A stretch of 64,000 nucleotides of DNA from an uncultured delta proteobacterium (GTDB taxonomy: Bacteria > Myxococcota_A > UBA9160 > SZUA-336), in the NCBI GenBank assembly GCA_963704165.1, contig CAVPHD010000009.1, positions 1 to 64,000 on the forward strand. Direction: 5' to 3'. A program made the translations under genes and the position numbers. The notes under the pieces are model-generated. The model had not been told where the DNA came from, did no database searches, and saw only the letters and a program-made list of their open reading frames with translations. Of this stretch, positions 33,516 to 44,488 are shown one piece after another. Numbering within the stretch: the first letter of the stretch is position 1; each line of letters begins with the position of its first letter.

Positions 33516-33638
33516 TGCGTAGCTCCCCTTCCCCATGGGCGGTTCTGAACGAATGCGAGCGAAACGACTCCCGACGAGACGGTGCGCTCGAGGCGCAGCA
33601 GGGTTGGCACGCTACACGAACATCGTGCGCTGCGTCAA

Positions 33639-34490
33639 TCAGAGATACCCGAGCTCCCTCGCGCGCTTAGGCCGCTTGGTCCAGTTCTTGTCGAGCTTCA
33701 CCCAGAGCGCCAGGTGAACGGTCTTCGAGAGCCGTTCCGAGAGCCGCTTTCGCGCCTCGATCCCGAGCGCCTTCAGCGCTCCGCCTCCCGCGCCGAGCAC
33801 GATTCCCTTCTGCGATTCCCGCTCGACGAGCAGGTTCGCGCGGATCCGCACCGCGTCGTCGGTCTCGTTCCACTCGTCGATCTCGACGGCCACCGCGTAG
33901 GGGATCTCGTCGCGGTAGAGCTCGTACACGACCTCGCGGATCTGCTCGGCGCCGAGAAAGCGCTGGCTCGCGTCGGTCAGCGTGTCTTCGGGGTACAGCG
34001 CGGGTCCTTCGGGGAGAAGCGCCTCGAGAGCCGCGACGAGCTCGTCGAGGCCCCGACCGGAGACGGCCGACGTCTCGACGATGCTCGCAAAACGTTCCGG
34101 ATGCGGAACGTGGGTACACGGGCCGAGATCGCACTTGGTGCGCGCCAGCACGAGCGGCTTCGCGAGCGAGGCGATGCGCTCCTCGGGCGCGTCCCAGCGG
34201 CCGCCGGCCTCGAAGAGCAGCAGGCGCAGATCCGCGCCTTCGGCCGCCTCGAACGCGCGCTCATTCATCGATTGGTTGAACTTCCGCTCACCGCCGTGAA
34301 CCCCGGGCGTGTCGTGAAACAGGATCTGCACATTCGGTCGCGAGAGCACGCCGAGCATGCGCCCCCGCGTGGTCTGCGCCTTCGCCGACACGATCGCGAG
34401 CTTCTCGCCGAGCAGCGCGTTCAAGAGCTGCGACTTGCCCGCGTTCGGCCGCCCGAGCAGCGCGACGAATCCGCAACGGTGGACGCTCAC
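33639..34490 (-). CDS. era: GTPase Era
   Basis: GRPNAGKS, AQTTR, DTPG, EIPY, SQKGIVLG KH domain. Confidence 0.95.
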   Translation of the reverse strand: MSVHRCGFVALLGRPNAGKSQLLNALLGEKLAIVSAKAQTTRGRMLGVLSRPNVQILFHDTPGVHGGERKFNQSMNERAFEAAEGADLRLLLFEAGGRWDAPEERIASLAKPLVLARTKCDLGPCTHVPHPERFASIVETSAVSGRGLDELVAALEALLPEGPALYPEDTLTDASQRFLGAEQIREVVYELYRDEIPYAVAVEIDEWNETDDAVRIRANLLVERESQKGIVLGAGGGALKALGIEARKRLSERLSKTVHLALWVKLDKNWTKRPKRARELGYL

Positions 34491-35206
34491 GCGTGATCTC
34501 CGGCGAGAGCGCGAAGCGCATCGCGCGCGGCGACCTGCTCGGCGACTTGCTTCGACGGCCCGCTCCCTTTGCCGCAGACGCTGCCTCCCACCTGCACCAC
34601 GACGCTGAACTCGCGTGCGTGCGGGGGCCCGGACTCGCCCACGGTGAGGTAGGTCGGAAGCTCGAGACCCGCGGCGTGCAGCCACTGCTGGAGCGCGGTC
34701 TTGGCATCGCGCGAGGGAGCCGCGGGGCCGGCGAGAGCGGCCCCGAACTCGCGCGCCAGGAAGGCTCGCGCGACTTCGAATCCGGCATCGAGGTACAGCG
34801 CGCCGACGACCGCCTCGAAGACGTTCGCCAGAATGGAGTCCTTCGCGCGACCGCCTTGTCGCGTCTCGCCGCGACCGAGTCGCACGACCTCGTCGAGACG
34901 GAGCGAGCGCGCGCGTTCCGCGAGAGCGGTACCGTTCACGACGTCGGCCCGCACGTGCGTCAGCGCGCCCTCCGAAGCATCGGGATGGGCCGTCATCGAC
35001 AGCTCCGCGACCACGAGGCCGACGACCGCGTCACCGAGGAACTCGAGCCGCTCGTTGCACGTTTCGGGTGCGCCGTCCTCGTTGGCGCGCGACCGGTGCG
35101 TCAGCGCCTGGGTGAGGAGCTCGGGCCGCGCGAAGCGATGGCCGAGGCGTTCGCAAAGCGCGTCGATCCGCTGCTCACGCGTCCGGGCCAGTGATCCATC
35201 CTCCAC
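34487..35206 (-). CDS. rnc: Ribonuclease III
   Basis: ALTHRS, NERLEFLGDAV, EAVVGALYLD, dsRBD with GPPH..F. Confidence 0.95.
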   Translation of the reverse strand: MEDGSLARTREQRIDALCERLGHRFARPELLTQALTHRSRANEDGAPETCNERLEFLGDAVVGLVVAELSMTAHPDASEGALTHVRADVVNGTALAERARSLRLDEVVRLGRGETRQGGRAKDSILANVFEAVVGALYLDAGFEVARAFLAREFGAALAGPAAPSRDAKTALQQWLHAAGLELPTYLTVGESGPPHAREFSVVVQVGGSVCGKGSGPSKQVAEQVAARDALRALAGDHA

Positions 35207-36263
35207 CGAGGACCCGTTCGTCCGCGGCGTCGTACACGACGGCGGCCTGCCCCGCGGCCGGCGCCCAGACGGCCGAGTCGAAGCGGACCTCTGCCACGTC
35301 GCCGGGTCCCGCCTCGATCTCTGCCGACACAGACTTGTGTCGATGACGGACCGCGACGCGGACCGGCCCCGACGGCGCCTCGCCATCGAAGAACGAGACG
35401 TTCCGCATGCGCACGCGCCGCGACTCAAGCGCCTGCGCGCGATCGACCACCAGCCGGTTCTCGGCGAGGCGAACCTCGCGCACGTACCAGGGCCCGCCGG
35501 ACAGGCCAAGCCCGCGGCGTTGCCCGGGTGTGTAGCCGATCGCGCCGCCGTGGCGGCCGAGCTCCGTGCCATCCGCGCTCGTGATCGGCCCCGGCGCCGG
35601 GTCGGAGCCGGGCGCGATCCGCGCGAGAGCGGCGCGGACGTCGCCGTCCGGAACGAAGCAGATGCCCTGGCTCTCGGGCTTCTCCGCCGTCGCGAGTCCG
35701 AGCTCGCGCGCCAGCACGCGCACCTCGGATTTCTCGAGATCGCCGAGCGGAAAAGCGATGCGGTCGAGCGACTCGCGCGGCAGATCGAAGAGGAAATACG
35801 TCTGATCCTTTTCGCGATCGCGCGGACGGTAGAGCCCCGCTCCACCGTCGGGTGCCTTCGCGATCCGGGCGTAGTGGCCGGTCGCGACGCCTCTCGCCCC
35901 GAGCGCCTCGGCTCGGCGCAGCAGGAGGTCGAACTTCAGCACGCGATTGCACGCGATGCACGGAATCGGCGTGCGACCGGCGGCGTACTCGGCCGCGAAC
36001 GGCTCGATCACCGCCTCGCGGAATTCGGCTCGGTAGTTCGCGGTGTAGTGCCGGACCCCGAGCGCACGCGCGACGTCGCGCGCGTCCTCGGCATCCGGGA
36101 GGCCGCAGCACTTCTTCGCGGAGCGCGGGACGAAATCACGCGCGGATCCTTCGCCGAGGTCCATCGTGACGCCGACGACGTCGTGTCCGGCCCGGGCCAG
36201 GATCGCCGCAGCCACGGACGAATCCACGCCGCCGCTCATCGCGACGAGCCAGCGCTCGCTCAA
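35175..36263 (-). CDS. mnmA: tRNA 2-thiouridylase MnmA
   Basis: AMSGGVDSS, TP.PCI.CN, ATGHY, KDQTYFL, ESQGICF, GQRRGL. Confidence 0.95.
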   Translation of the reverse strand: MSERWLVAMSGGVDSSVAAAILARAGHDVVGVTMDLGEGSARDFVPRSAKKCCGLPDAEDARDVARALGVRHYTANYRAEFREAVIEPFAAEYAAGRTPIPCIACNRVLKFDLLLRRAEALGARGVATGHYARIAKAPDGGAGLYRPRDREKDQTYFLFDLPRESLDRIAFPLGDLEKSEVRVLARELGLATAEKPESQGICFVPDGDVRAALARIAPGSDPAPGPITSADGTELGRHGGAIGYTPGQRRGLGLSGGPWYVREVRLAENRLVVDRAQALESRRVRMRNVSFFDGEAPSGPVRVAVRHRHKSVSAEIEAGPGDVAEVRFDSAVWAPAAGQAAVVYDAADERVLGGGWITGPDA

Positions 36264-37411
36264 GCCGCCCTCGCCTTGCGAACGCGCGCCACGACTCGCG
36301 GAAGGACGTCGAGCACGCGTGCAATCGCAGCGTCGTCGATTCCAGGCCCGAAGCTGAAGCGAAGCGCGCTCGTGCCGAGCTCGCGAGAGAGCCCCATCGC
36401 CGAGAGCACGTGCGAGGGTTCGGTCGAGCCTGCGTGGCAGGCGGCGCCCGTCGCGACCGCGATCCCCTCGAGATCGAGCGCCTCGACGAGCGTCTCCCCC
36501 GAGGCGCCGGGGAACGAGACGTTCAGCGTGTGCGCGAGCGACTTCTCGCGCGAGGAATTCCGCACCACATCGGGAACGGCTTCGTACAAGCCCTGCCAGA
36601 GCCGCTCGCGCAGCCGCTCGTGTCGCGCCCGGGCCAGCTCGAGATCGGCGTGGGCGGACTCGCAAGCCGCGCCGAAGCCGACGATGCCGGGCACGTTCTC
36701 GGTCCCCGGCCGTCGCCCCTTCTCCTGCGATCCCCCGCGGAGAAGCGGTGTCAGCTCGACGCCCGGACGGACGTAGAGCGCGCCAACGCCTTTCGGGCCA
36801 CCGAGCTTGTGCGCGGAGAACGACGCGTAGTCGACGGGCAGGCTCCCGAGATCGAGGGAAAGCTTGCCCAGCGCCTGGACCGCGTCGCTGTGGAACGGGA
36901 CGCCCTGGGCCGCCGCGAGCCTCGCAAGCTCCGCGATCGGGTGGATCACGCCCGTCTCGTTGTTTGCCCACATCACCGATGCGAGCCGCGTCGCGGAGGT
37001 GAGCGAAGCTTCGAATCGGGCCGGATCGAGTCCCCCGTCGGACTCCACCGGAAGGATCGTGACGCGACAGCCTTCGTCCGCGAGCGCCCGGACCTCTTCG
37101 AGCACCGCGGGATGCTCCGTCGCGCAGGTGACGAGGTGGACATCCCGCGCCCCCGAAGCGCGGGCCGCGTGGCGAAACACGGTGTTGTTCGCCTCCGTCG
37201 CGCCGCTGGTGAAGACGATCGATTCCGGTGTCGAACCCAGGCTATCTGCGACCTGCTTGCGCGCGCGTGCGAGCGCAGCGCGCGCGGCGGCGCCGAACGC
37301 GTGGGCACTCGACGGGTTGCCGTGGGCGTGCTCGAGCACCTTGGCCATCTCGCGCTGTGCTTCCGGCCGGACGGGCGCGGTTGCGTTGTAGTCGAGGTAG
37401 ATATCGCTCAT
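36260..37411 (-). CDS. Cysteine desulfurase (IscS/NifS family)
   Basis: YLDYNAT, GNPSS, FTSGATE, ANNETG, SAHKLGGPKG, GAACH. Confidence 0.93.
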   Translation of the reverse strand: MSDIYLDYNATAPVRPEAQREMAKVLEHAHGNPSSAHAFGAAARAALARARKQVADSLGSTPESIVFTSGATEANNTVFRHAARASGARDVHLVTCATEHPAVLEEVRALADEGCRVTILPVESDGGLDPARFEASLTSATRLASVMWANNETGVIHPIAELARLAAAQGVPFHSDAVQALGKLSLDLGSLPVDYASFSAHKLGGPKGVGALYVRPGVELTPLLRGGSQEKGRRPGTENVPGIVGFGAACESAHADLELARARHERLRERLWQGLYEAVPDVVRNSSREKSLAHTLNVSFPGASGETLVEALDLEGIAVATGAACHAGSTEPSHVLSAMGLSRELGTSALRFSFGPGIDDAAIARVLDVLPRVVARVRKARAA

Positions 37412-37607
37412 GCGCAGGACAGGGTAGCGAGTTTCGCCGCTGGGTAGCCGGCGTCCGCTTCCGACACCCGATTCGCCCCCCGTCGCAGATCGCGCGCTCG
37501 CTGCGCGGCGCGTGCGGCGGGCACGCGATTTGCTCTCTCGAGCGCCCGGGTCGGCCGCTTCATCCGGGCGTTCTCCTTGCTGCACCGGCTGCGAACGTCG
37601 ATCCAAC

Positions 37608-38052
37608 TCAACTCGAAATCCCGACTCCACAGGCCGGATCCGTCCCCACCGCGAACAGGTGGGGGCGGATCCGGTCGATCGTTTTCGGGCCGATTCCGGG
37701 AACGCGGCGCGCGAGCGCATCGATCGAATCGAAGGCACCGCCGCGCTCTCGCTCCCCGGTGATCGCGCGCGCGCGCGTGGGACCGATTCCCGGAACACGC
37801 TCGAGCGCCTCCGCGCTCGCCAGGTTCAGGGGCTGCGGCAGTCCGAGCGCGGCCCGCGCATCGGCGGGCAGCTCCGTACAGGCACAGGCCGGCGCCGAGG
37901 CGAAGTCCCCCAGCCGGCAGCTCGACGCCATCGTGCACGAGCGCGAGCGTGCCGGGCGCGGTCGGGACGCGTGCGCCGAGCACGGCGAACCAGGCGATCG
38001 CGGCCCAGAGCAGCGCGCGCACCGCCGTCGTCTCGCCGACGCGCGGGTCCAC
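37608..38052 (-). CDS. ComEA-like helix-hairpin-helix membrane protein (frameshifted)
   Basis: N-terminal hydrophobic segment; LNLASAEALERVPGIGP..A..I...R...G.F.SID.L..VPGIGPKT. Confidence 0.8.
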
Positions 38053-38055
38053 GCG

Positions 38056-39294
38056 CTAGCCCGCCTCGGCCTCGGGGGCGACGCCGCCGAGCTCGAAAGC
38101 GTCGTGCAGGGCTCGACAGGCGAGCTCGGTGTACTTCTCGTCGATCACGACCGAGATCTTGATCTCCGAGGTGCCGATCATCTGGATGTTCACTCCGTGC
38201 TCCGAGAGCACCGAGAACATCTTCCCAGCGACGCCGGCGTGGTCCTTCATGCCGAGACCGACGACCGAGACCTTCGCGATCGCGCCGTCCGACTTCACGC
38301 CCGCCGCGCCGAGCGCACGCGCGATTCCCTCGACGAGCACGAGCGCGCGCTGCATGTCTCCGCGCCCGACCGTGAACGTCACGTCGGTGTGGCCCTGCGT
38401 CGAAACGTTCTGCACGATCATGTCGACGACGACGCCCGCATCGGAGAGCGGCACGAAGATCCTCGCCGCGATTCCCGGCACGTCCGGTACACCGAAGATC
38501 GTGACCTTCGCCTCGTTGCGGTTGTAGGTGACGCTCGACACGACGAGCCGCTCGATCACTTCACTCTCCGGAACCACCCAGGTGCCCTCCTCGTCGCTGA
38601 ACGTGCTGCGCACGTGGATCGGAACGCGGTACTTCATGCCGATCTTCGCCGAGCGTACGGCGAGCACCTTCGCACCCAGGCTCGCCATCTCGAGAACCTC
38701 GTCGTACGAGATCCGCTCGAGCTTTCGCGCGTTCGGAACGATGCGCGGGTCGCTCGTGAAGATGCCCGTGACGTCGGTGAAGATCTCGCACACGTCCGCG
38801 CGCAGCGCAGCCGCGAGTGCGACCGCAGTCGTGTCGGAGGCGCCGCGGCCGAGCGTCGTGATCTCGCCTCCATCGGTCACACCCTGGAAGCCGGGCAGGA
38901 CCGGAACACCGCCGCGCGAGAGCTCATCGCGAATTCGCGCGCCATCGATCCGCAGAATTCGCGCGCGCGCGTGATCGTCGTCGGTCTGCACCTTCACCTG
39001 CGCGCTCGTGTAGCTGCGCGAGGGCACGCCGAGGCTCTGGATCGCCATCGCGGTGAGCGCGATCGTCTGCTGCTCGCCGGTCGATACGAGCATGTCGTAC
39101 TCGCGCGGATCCGGACTCGACGAGATCTCGTTCGCGTACGCGACGAGCTGATCGGTGACGCCGGCCATCGCGGAGACGACCACCACGACGTCGTTGCCGC
39201 GCTTCCGCGTCTCCACCACGCGCCGCGCCACGTTGAGGATGCGTTCGACCCCCGCCACCGAGGTGCCGCCGAACTTCTGGACGATCAAGGCCAT
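38056..39294 (-). CDS. lysC: Aspartate kinase
   Basis: [31 protein letters not shown], two ACT domains (TSEIKIS). Confidence 0.95.
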   Translation of the reverse strand: MALIVQKFGGTSVAGVERILNVARRVVETRKRGNDVVVVVSAMAGVTDQLVAYANEISSSPDPREYDMLVSTGEQQTIALTAMAIQSLGVPSRSYTSAQVKVQTDDDHARARILRIDGARIRDELSRGGVPVLPGFQGVTDGGEITTLGRGASDTTAVALAAALRADVCEIFTDVTGIFTSDPRIVPNARKLERISYDEVLEMASLGAKVLAVRSAKIGMKYRVPIHVRSTFSDEEGTWVVPESEVIERLVVSSVTYNRNEAKVTIFGVPDVPGIAARIFVPLSDAGVVVDMIVQNVSTQGHTDVTFTVGRGDMQRALVLVEGIARALGAAGVKSDGAIAKVSVVGLGMKDHAGVAGKMFSVLSEHGVNIQMIGTSEIKISVVIDEKYTELACRALHDAFELGGVAPEAEAG

Positions 39295-39770
39295 CGCGCT
39301 TCGAGTTCCTCTCTGGATCTGTGCCGCCCGCTCGCCCCGCGCCTCGATCCGGATCTGACGCTCCTCGGGCTCCGGCCCCGGCTCGATGCGGATCTCGAGA
39401 CGGTCGCCGGGCAGCACTTCGGGGAAGCGCTCGGGCCACTCGACGACGAGTACGCCGGTCGCGTCACACAGGTCGTCGAAGCCGGCGTCGAGCAGGCGAG
39501 CGTAGCTTTCTACCCGATAGAAATCCGCGTGTCGAAGCCACGCACGCGCCGGGTACTCGGCCACGATCCCGAACGTCGGGCTCGTCACCGCCACGCGCGG
39601 ATCGACGCCGAGCCCCTCGGCCAGCCCCTGTACGAGACAGGTCTTGCCCGCCCCGAGGGGCCCTTCGAGCGCCGACGACGTCGCCCGCCGCGGAGTAGCT
39701 CGCCGAGGACTCGGCCGAGTCGCCGGGTCTCGTCCGGGCTACGGGAAGAACGACGATGGTCCCGGCTCAT
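39285..39770 (-). CDS. tsaE: tRNA threonylcarbamoyladenosine ATPase TsaE (frameshifted)
   Basis: [14 protein letters not shown] (manual), [17 protein letters not shown]. Confidence 0.8.
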
Positions 39771-41340
39771 CCGGCTCTCCTCGACCACGGAGAAGCGGCC
39801 TGCCATGCGTCGGGAATGCGGCTCGCCAGCTCCGACGCCAGCCCGCCCACGCTCGGCCCGAGATCGCCCGCGAGCCCGTGCAGATAGGCGCCCACGCGCG
39901 CGGCGTCCCAGGCGCGAAGCCCCTGCGCGAGCAGCGCGCCGAGCAGCCCGGCGAGCACGTCGCCCGAACCGCCCGCGGCCAGGCCCGGCCCACCGGTCGG
40001 GTTCACACAGATCTCACCGTCCGGCGCCGCGATCACGCTGCGGGCGCCCTTCAGGACGGTGACCGCGCCGCTCCGCGAGGCGATCGCGCGCGCCGCAGCC
40101 GCCCGGTCGGCCTGGATCGCTGCGGCCGACGATCCGAGCAGCCGCGCGGCCTCGCCGGGATGCGGCGTCAGGATCCGTGGCGCGGACGAGCGCAGATCCT
40201 CGGGCTCGCCCGCGAAGGCGTTCAGGCCGTCGGCGTCGACGACCGCCGGAACGCCGCGCGCGCGCGAGCAGCGCGCGCGCGAGCGCAGCCGAGATCGGCG
40301 TCCTGCCCGAGACCCGGCCCGAGCACGAGCGCGTCGCGCGCGCCGATCTCGCGAGCGAGCGCGTCGAGATGCGCGACGCCGAGCGCCGCGGCCGGGACCG
40401 TCGTCGAGCACGACGCACATCGCTCTGTCGAGCCGGCTCGCGTAGATCGGGAAGCAGATCCCGAGGCGAAGCGACGCTGACCAGGCCGGCGCCTCCGCGC
40501 AGCGCGCCCTGGGCGGCGAGCAGAACGGCGCCCGTCTTGCCGGCCGAGCCGCCGACGACGCCCACGTGCCCGAACGTCCCCTTGTGCGCCGCGAGCGGTC
40601 GGTCGGGCAGGAGCGCCCTCGCGGCATCGCGCGACAGCACGTGCGCGCGGACGTTCGCGCGCTCGACGGATTCCGCCGGCAAGCCGATGTCCGCGACCAG
40701 AATTCGCGCCCGGGTCGGGTACAGAGCGCGAGGCCGAGCTTGGGAGCTCCGAACGTCACGATCAGATCGGCGTCGAGAATCATGCCGAGCGACCTGGCCG
40801 GTCTCGCTCGAGAGGCCCGACGGCAGATCCACCGCCACACAGGGCCGGCCGCTCGCGCGCGAGCGCGCGCATCATCTCGGCGGTCCGGCCCGTCCACCGG
40901 GCGTGCGAGCCCGCTGCCGAAGATCGCGTCGACGACCAGGTCGCACGCCTCGAGCCAGGTCGCGAGCTCGGACGCGCTCTCGGCCCGACGGATCTCGACA
41001 CCCGCGGCCTCGAGCCGCTCGCGGTTCGTCTTGGCCTCGGGGCTCTGCGACGCGCGACTCGCCAGGTCGAGCACGACCGGCAGCGACGCCGCGGCCCTGC
41101 TCGGCCAGCACGCGCGCGACGACGTAGCCGTCGCCGCCGTTGTTTCCGCCACCGCAGACGACGAGCGGCCGGCGCGCGTCGGGGAAGGACCGCGCGATCG
41201 CCTCGGCGACCGCGCGGCCCGCCGTCTCCATCAGCGTGAGGCCGGGAATGCCGAGGCGCTCGATCGCGTCGCGGTCGATCGCGCGCATCTCCGCTCCCGT
41301 CGGGCACGACCCAGACACGCGCGTGCGCGGCCGAGCGCAC
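39767..41340 (-). CDS. nnr: Bifunctional NAD(P)H-hydrate epimerase/dehydratase (heavily frameshifted)
   Basis: [63 protein letters not shown]. Confidence 0.88.
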
Positions 41341-41719
41341 TCACGCTCCGACCTCGACCCAGACGCTGGCGAGCGCGAAGTCGGCGTCGTGGGTGAGCGA
41401 GAGAAGATCTCGAGCGACTCCCCCGGCTCCGCCTCGCGCATGACCAGAACGCGGCTCGCCGCTGCGCCGCCGCGCGACCTCGAGACCCGCGAGCGGAAGC
41501 GCCCGGCCGAGCACGCCGCGAAGCGCGGCGCGACCGGCGCACTTCGCGGCGAAGCGCCCGGCGAGGTTCTGCCAGCCCGATTTCTTGCGACGCGCGTAGG
41601 CGATCTCGGCGGGACTGAACACGCGTGCGAGCATCGCGCTCGCCCCGGCGCTCGAGCGCGGCGCGGAAGCGCGGCACCTCGACGCCTGCGAGTCCGACCC
41701 CCCTAAGCGCGCCCGACAA
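41341..41719 (-). CDS. acpS: Holo-ACP synthase (frameshifted)
   Basis: [31 protein letters not shown]; lies downstream of pdxJ. Confidence 0.8.
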
Positions 41720-42422
41720 GCTGCTTCATCTCGCGCACGGCCCGCTCCATGCCGACGTAGATCGCGCGCGACACGATCGAGTGTCCGATCGAGAACTCGT
41801 CGATCAGGTCGTTCTCGGCCAGCTTCCCGACGTTGCGGTAGTCGAGTCCGTGACCGACGCCGATCTCGAGCTTGAGCTTGGCGGCGAGCCGCACGGCGTC
41901 TTCGATCTGCGTCAGCACGGCTTCGTGATCCGGACCCCGTTCGCAGTAGCGGCCGGTGTGGATCTCGACCGCACGCGCACCGACGCGATGCGCGGCCTTG
42001 ATCTGTTCGAGATCGGGCTCGACGAAGAGGCACGTGCGGATGTCCGAATCGTGCAGCGCTCGGGCGATCTCACCGATCTCGCCGATCCGACTCTGGACGT
42101 CGAGCCCGCCCTCGGTGGTGAGCTCCTCGCGCCGTTCCGGCACGAGCGTCACCGAATCGGGCCGGACGTCGAGGGCGACCTTCAACATCTCCTGGGTGCC
42201 CGCCATCTCGAGGCAGAGCCGACCGTGAACGGTCTGGCGCAGCACGCGCAGGTCGCGGTCCTGGATGTGGCGGCGGTCCTCGCGCAGGTGGACGACGATC
42301 CCGTCGGCCCCCCCGAGCAACGCGAGCGTCGCGGCGGTCACGGGATCCGGCTCGACGCCCTGTCGCGCCTGCCGCACGGTAGCGACGTGATCGACGTTCA
42401 CGACGAGCCGGCGTTCCGACAT
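41703..42422 (-). CDS. pdxJ: Pyridoxine 5'-phosphate synthase
   Basis: VNVDHVATVRQAR, HLREDRRHI, PERREELTTEGGL, EIHTG, GHGL. Confidence 0.97.
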   Translation of the reverse strand: MSERRLVVNVDHVATVRQARQGVEPDPVTAATLALLGGADGIVVHLREDRRHIQDRDLRVLRQTVHGRLCLEMAGTQEMLKVALDVRPDSVTLVPERREELTTEGGLDVQSRIGEIGEIARALHDSDIRTCLFVEPDLEQIKAAHRVGARAVEIHTGRYCERGPDHEAVLTQIEDAVRLAAKLKLEIGVGHGLDYRNVGKLAENDLIDEFSIGHSIVSRAIYVGMERAVREMKQLVGRA

Positions 42423-43799
42423 CTAGTTCTTCTCCCCGATCGCGCGCTCGATCAGCGCACAGATCTCCGCCGCGAGCCTCTCGATCTCTCCGCGATCATC
42501 GCCTTCGAGCATCACGCGCGCGACCGGCTCCGTGCCGGAGTAGCGCACCAGGATCCGGCCGCGGCCCGCGAGATCGCTCTCGACGCGCGCGAGCGCGCGC
42601 GACACCTCGGGCAGCGTCTCGAAGCTCGGCTTGCTTCGCACGCGCACGCCGCGGAGCACTTGGGGCGTGCGCTCCATGACGCGCGCCAGCTCGGAGAGCG
42701 GCCGTTCCTCGCGCCGCATCAGCGCCAATACCTGAAGCGCCGTCAGCATTCCGTCTCCGGTCGTGTTCTCGTCGAGGAACACGACGTGGCCGGACTGCTC
42801 ACCCCCCAGGTTGATCTTCTCGCGCAGCATCGCCTCGACGACGTAGCGATCGCCGACGTCTGCCCGCACGAGATCGAGGCCCATTCCCGAGAGCGCGCGC
42901 TCGAGCCCGAGATTGCTCATCACCGTGCCGACGACGGCGTCCCGCGAGAGCGCCTGGCGGCGCTTCATGTCGAGCGCGCACATGGCCACGACCTGCTCGC
43001 CATCGACGATCTCGCCGCGCTCGTCGACGAGGACCACGCGGTCCGCATCTCCGTCCACGGCGATGCCGACGTCTGCGCGGCACTCGCGTGCGATCGCGGC
43101 CACGTGCTCGGGGTGCATCGCTCCGCACCCGTCGTTGATGTTGATGCCGTCGGGCTGCCGGCCGACGGCGACGACCTCGGCTCCGAGCTCCTCGAGCACG
43201 GTGGGTGCGACCTTGTAGGCGGCGCCGTTCGCGCAGTCGATCGCGATCCGCAGCCCTTCGAGCGTGTGCTGGCGCGGAAACGTCTTCTTCAGGAACACGA
43301 TGTACCGGCCCGAGGCGTCGTCGATCCGCCGCGCGCTGCCGATGTCCGCGCCGAGCGCGCGCCGCGATTCGAGCTCGGGCGAGCTCATCAGCTCCTCGAT
43401 CCGAACCTCGGCGTCGTCGGGAAGCTTGAAGCCATCGCGCGAGAAGAACTTGACGCCGTTGTCCTCGAACGGGTTGTGCGAGGCCGTGATCATCGCGCCC
43501 GCATCGCAGCGCATGTCGACGGTCAGGAACGCGAGTCCCGGGGTCGGAATCGGCCCTACCTGGAGCACGTTCACGCCCATCGAGCACAGGCCCGCCGCGA
43601 GCGCGTCCTCGAGCATGTAGCCGGAGCGACGCGTGTCCTTGCCGATCAGCACGCGCGGCGTGCGGCCGCCGTTCGGTCCGAGACGGAACACGAGCGCCAG
43701 TGCGCGCCCGAGCTGCAGCATGACGTCGCCGGTCATCGGATGGACGTTCGCGCGCCCGCGAATTCCGTCCGTGCCGAAGAGCTTTCGCGATACCGCCAT
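42423..43799 (-). CDS. glmM: Phosphoglucosamine mutase
   Basis: FGTDGIRG, GKDTRRSGYMLE, TASHNP, DGDADR, GGEQSGH, RYSGTEP. Confidence 0.97.
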   Translation of the reverse strand: MAVSRKLFGTDGIRGRANVHPMTGDVMLQLGRALALVFRLGPNGGRTPRVLIGKDTRRSGYMLEDALAAGLCSMGVNVLQVGPIPTPGLAFLTVDMRCDAGAMITASHNPFEDNGVKFFSRDGFKLPDDAEVRIEELMSSPELESRRALGADIGSARRIDDASGRYIVFLKKTFPRQHTLEGLRIAIDCANGAAYKVAPTVLEELGAEVVAVGRQPDGININDGCGAMHPEHVAAIARECRADVGIAVDGDADRVVLVDERGEIVDGEQVVAMCALDMKRRQALSRDAVVGTVMSNLGLERALSGMGLDLVRADVGDRYVVEAMLREKINLGGEQSGHVVFLDENTTGDGMLTALQVLALMRREERPLSELARVMERTPQVLRGVRVRSKPSFETLPEVSRALARVESDLAGRGRILVRYSGTEPVARVMLEGDDRGEIERLAAEICALIERAIGEKN

Positions 43800-43814
43800 T
43801 CGAGTCCTCCCGCC

Positions 43815-44483
43815 TCAGCCGCCCGCGACCGGGTCGGCCACCGGCTCGATCTCGAGCTTGATACGGATCGGCGCTGCACTCTTATCCTTGCGCCAGACGT
43901 GCGGATAGCCGAGCACGACCGGGCTTTCCAGCGTCGCGGACTCACGCAGGGTCGAGAGGTCGATGCGATCGGTGACGACCTCGCGAACGTTGCGGACGGC
44001 GCGCTTGGCGCCGGTGATCGCGAGCTCCTTCGGCTCGAGGGTCATGCGCTTGAGTTTGAAGCCCTCCGGGAGCTCGCCTGCGAGATCGGCACGGACCGGT
44101 ACCACCTTCGAGCTCACGGCTTCGAGTGCGTAGACGAGCGTCGATGGAGAACTCGCGACGATGCGCGCGCCTCGAGGCAGCGCGATCTGCTCCTTGTTGA
44201 CGGCCAGGCGCGCCTCGCCCGCCTCGGCTCCCTCGAACGACACCGAATAGTGCTGCAGGTTCTTGCTCACCTGGCGCAGCGCCGCGCGACTTCCCATCAC
44301 GCGCAAGTTGATCTCGTGCGCGGACTCCTCGATCACCACGAGGCTCTCCGGAACGTTCTCGACCTGGACCGGGATGTCGAAGCTCTGCTCCGCATCGGTG
44401 ACGCCCTGCGCGGAGGCCCAGAGCACGCAAGCGATCAGGAGCGCCACGATCTTGTAGAGCAGATTGTCGAAGACCCACATCAC
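43815..44483 (-). CDS. cdaR: CdaR/YbbR-like protein
   Basis: N-terminal K..ALLIA..LW TM helix, two YbbR-like beta repeats, position between cdaA and glmM. Confidence 0.8.
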   Translation of the reverse strand: MMWVFDNLLYKIVALLIACVLWASAQGVTDAEQSFDIPVQVENVPESLVVIEESAHEINLRVMGSRAALRQVSKNLQHYSVSFEGAEAGEARLAVNKEQIALPRGARIVASSPSTLVYALEAVSSKVVPVRADLAGELPEGFKLKRMTLEPKELAITGAKRAVRNVREVVTDRIDLSTLRESATLESPVVLGYPHVWRKDKSAAPIRIKLEIEPVADPVAGG

Positions 44484-44488
44484 CCGAC

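Noticed and set aside
38056..39594. Apparent TsaE-aspartate kinase fusion ORF
   Set aside because: tsaE is visibly frameshifted nearby and lysC has a canonical [10 protein letters not shown] start, so the fusion is probably an indel artefact.
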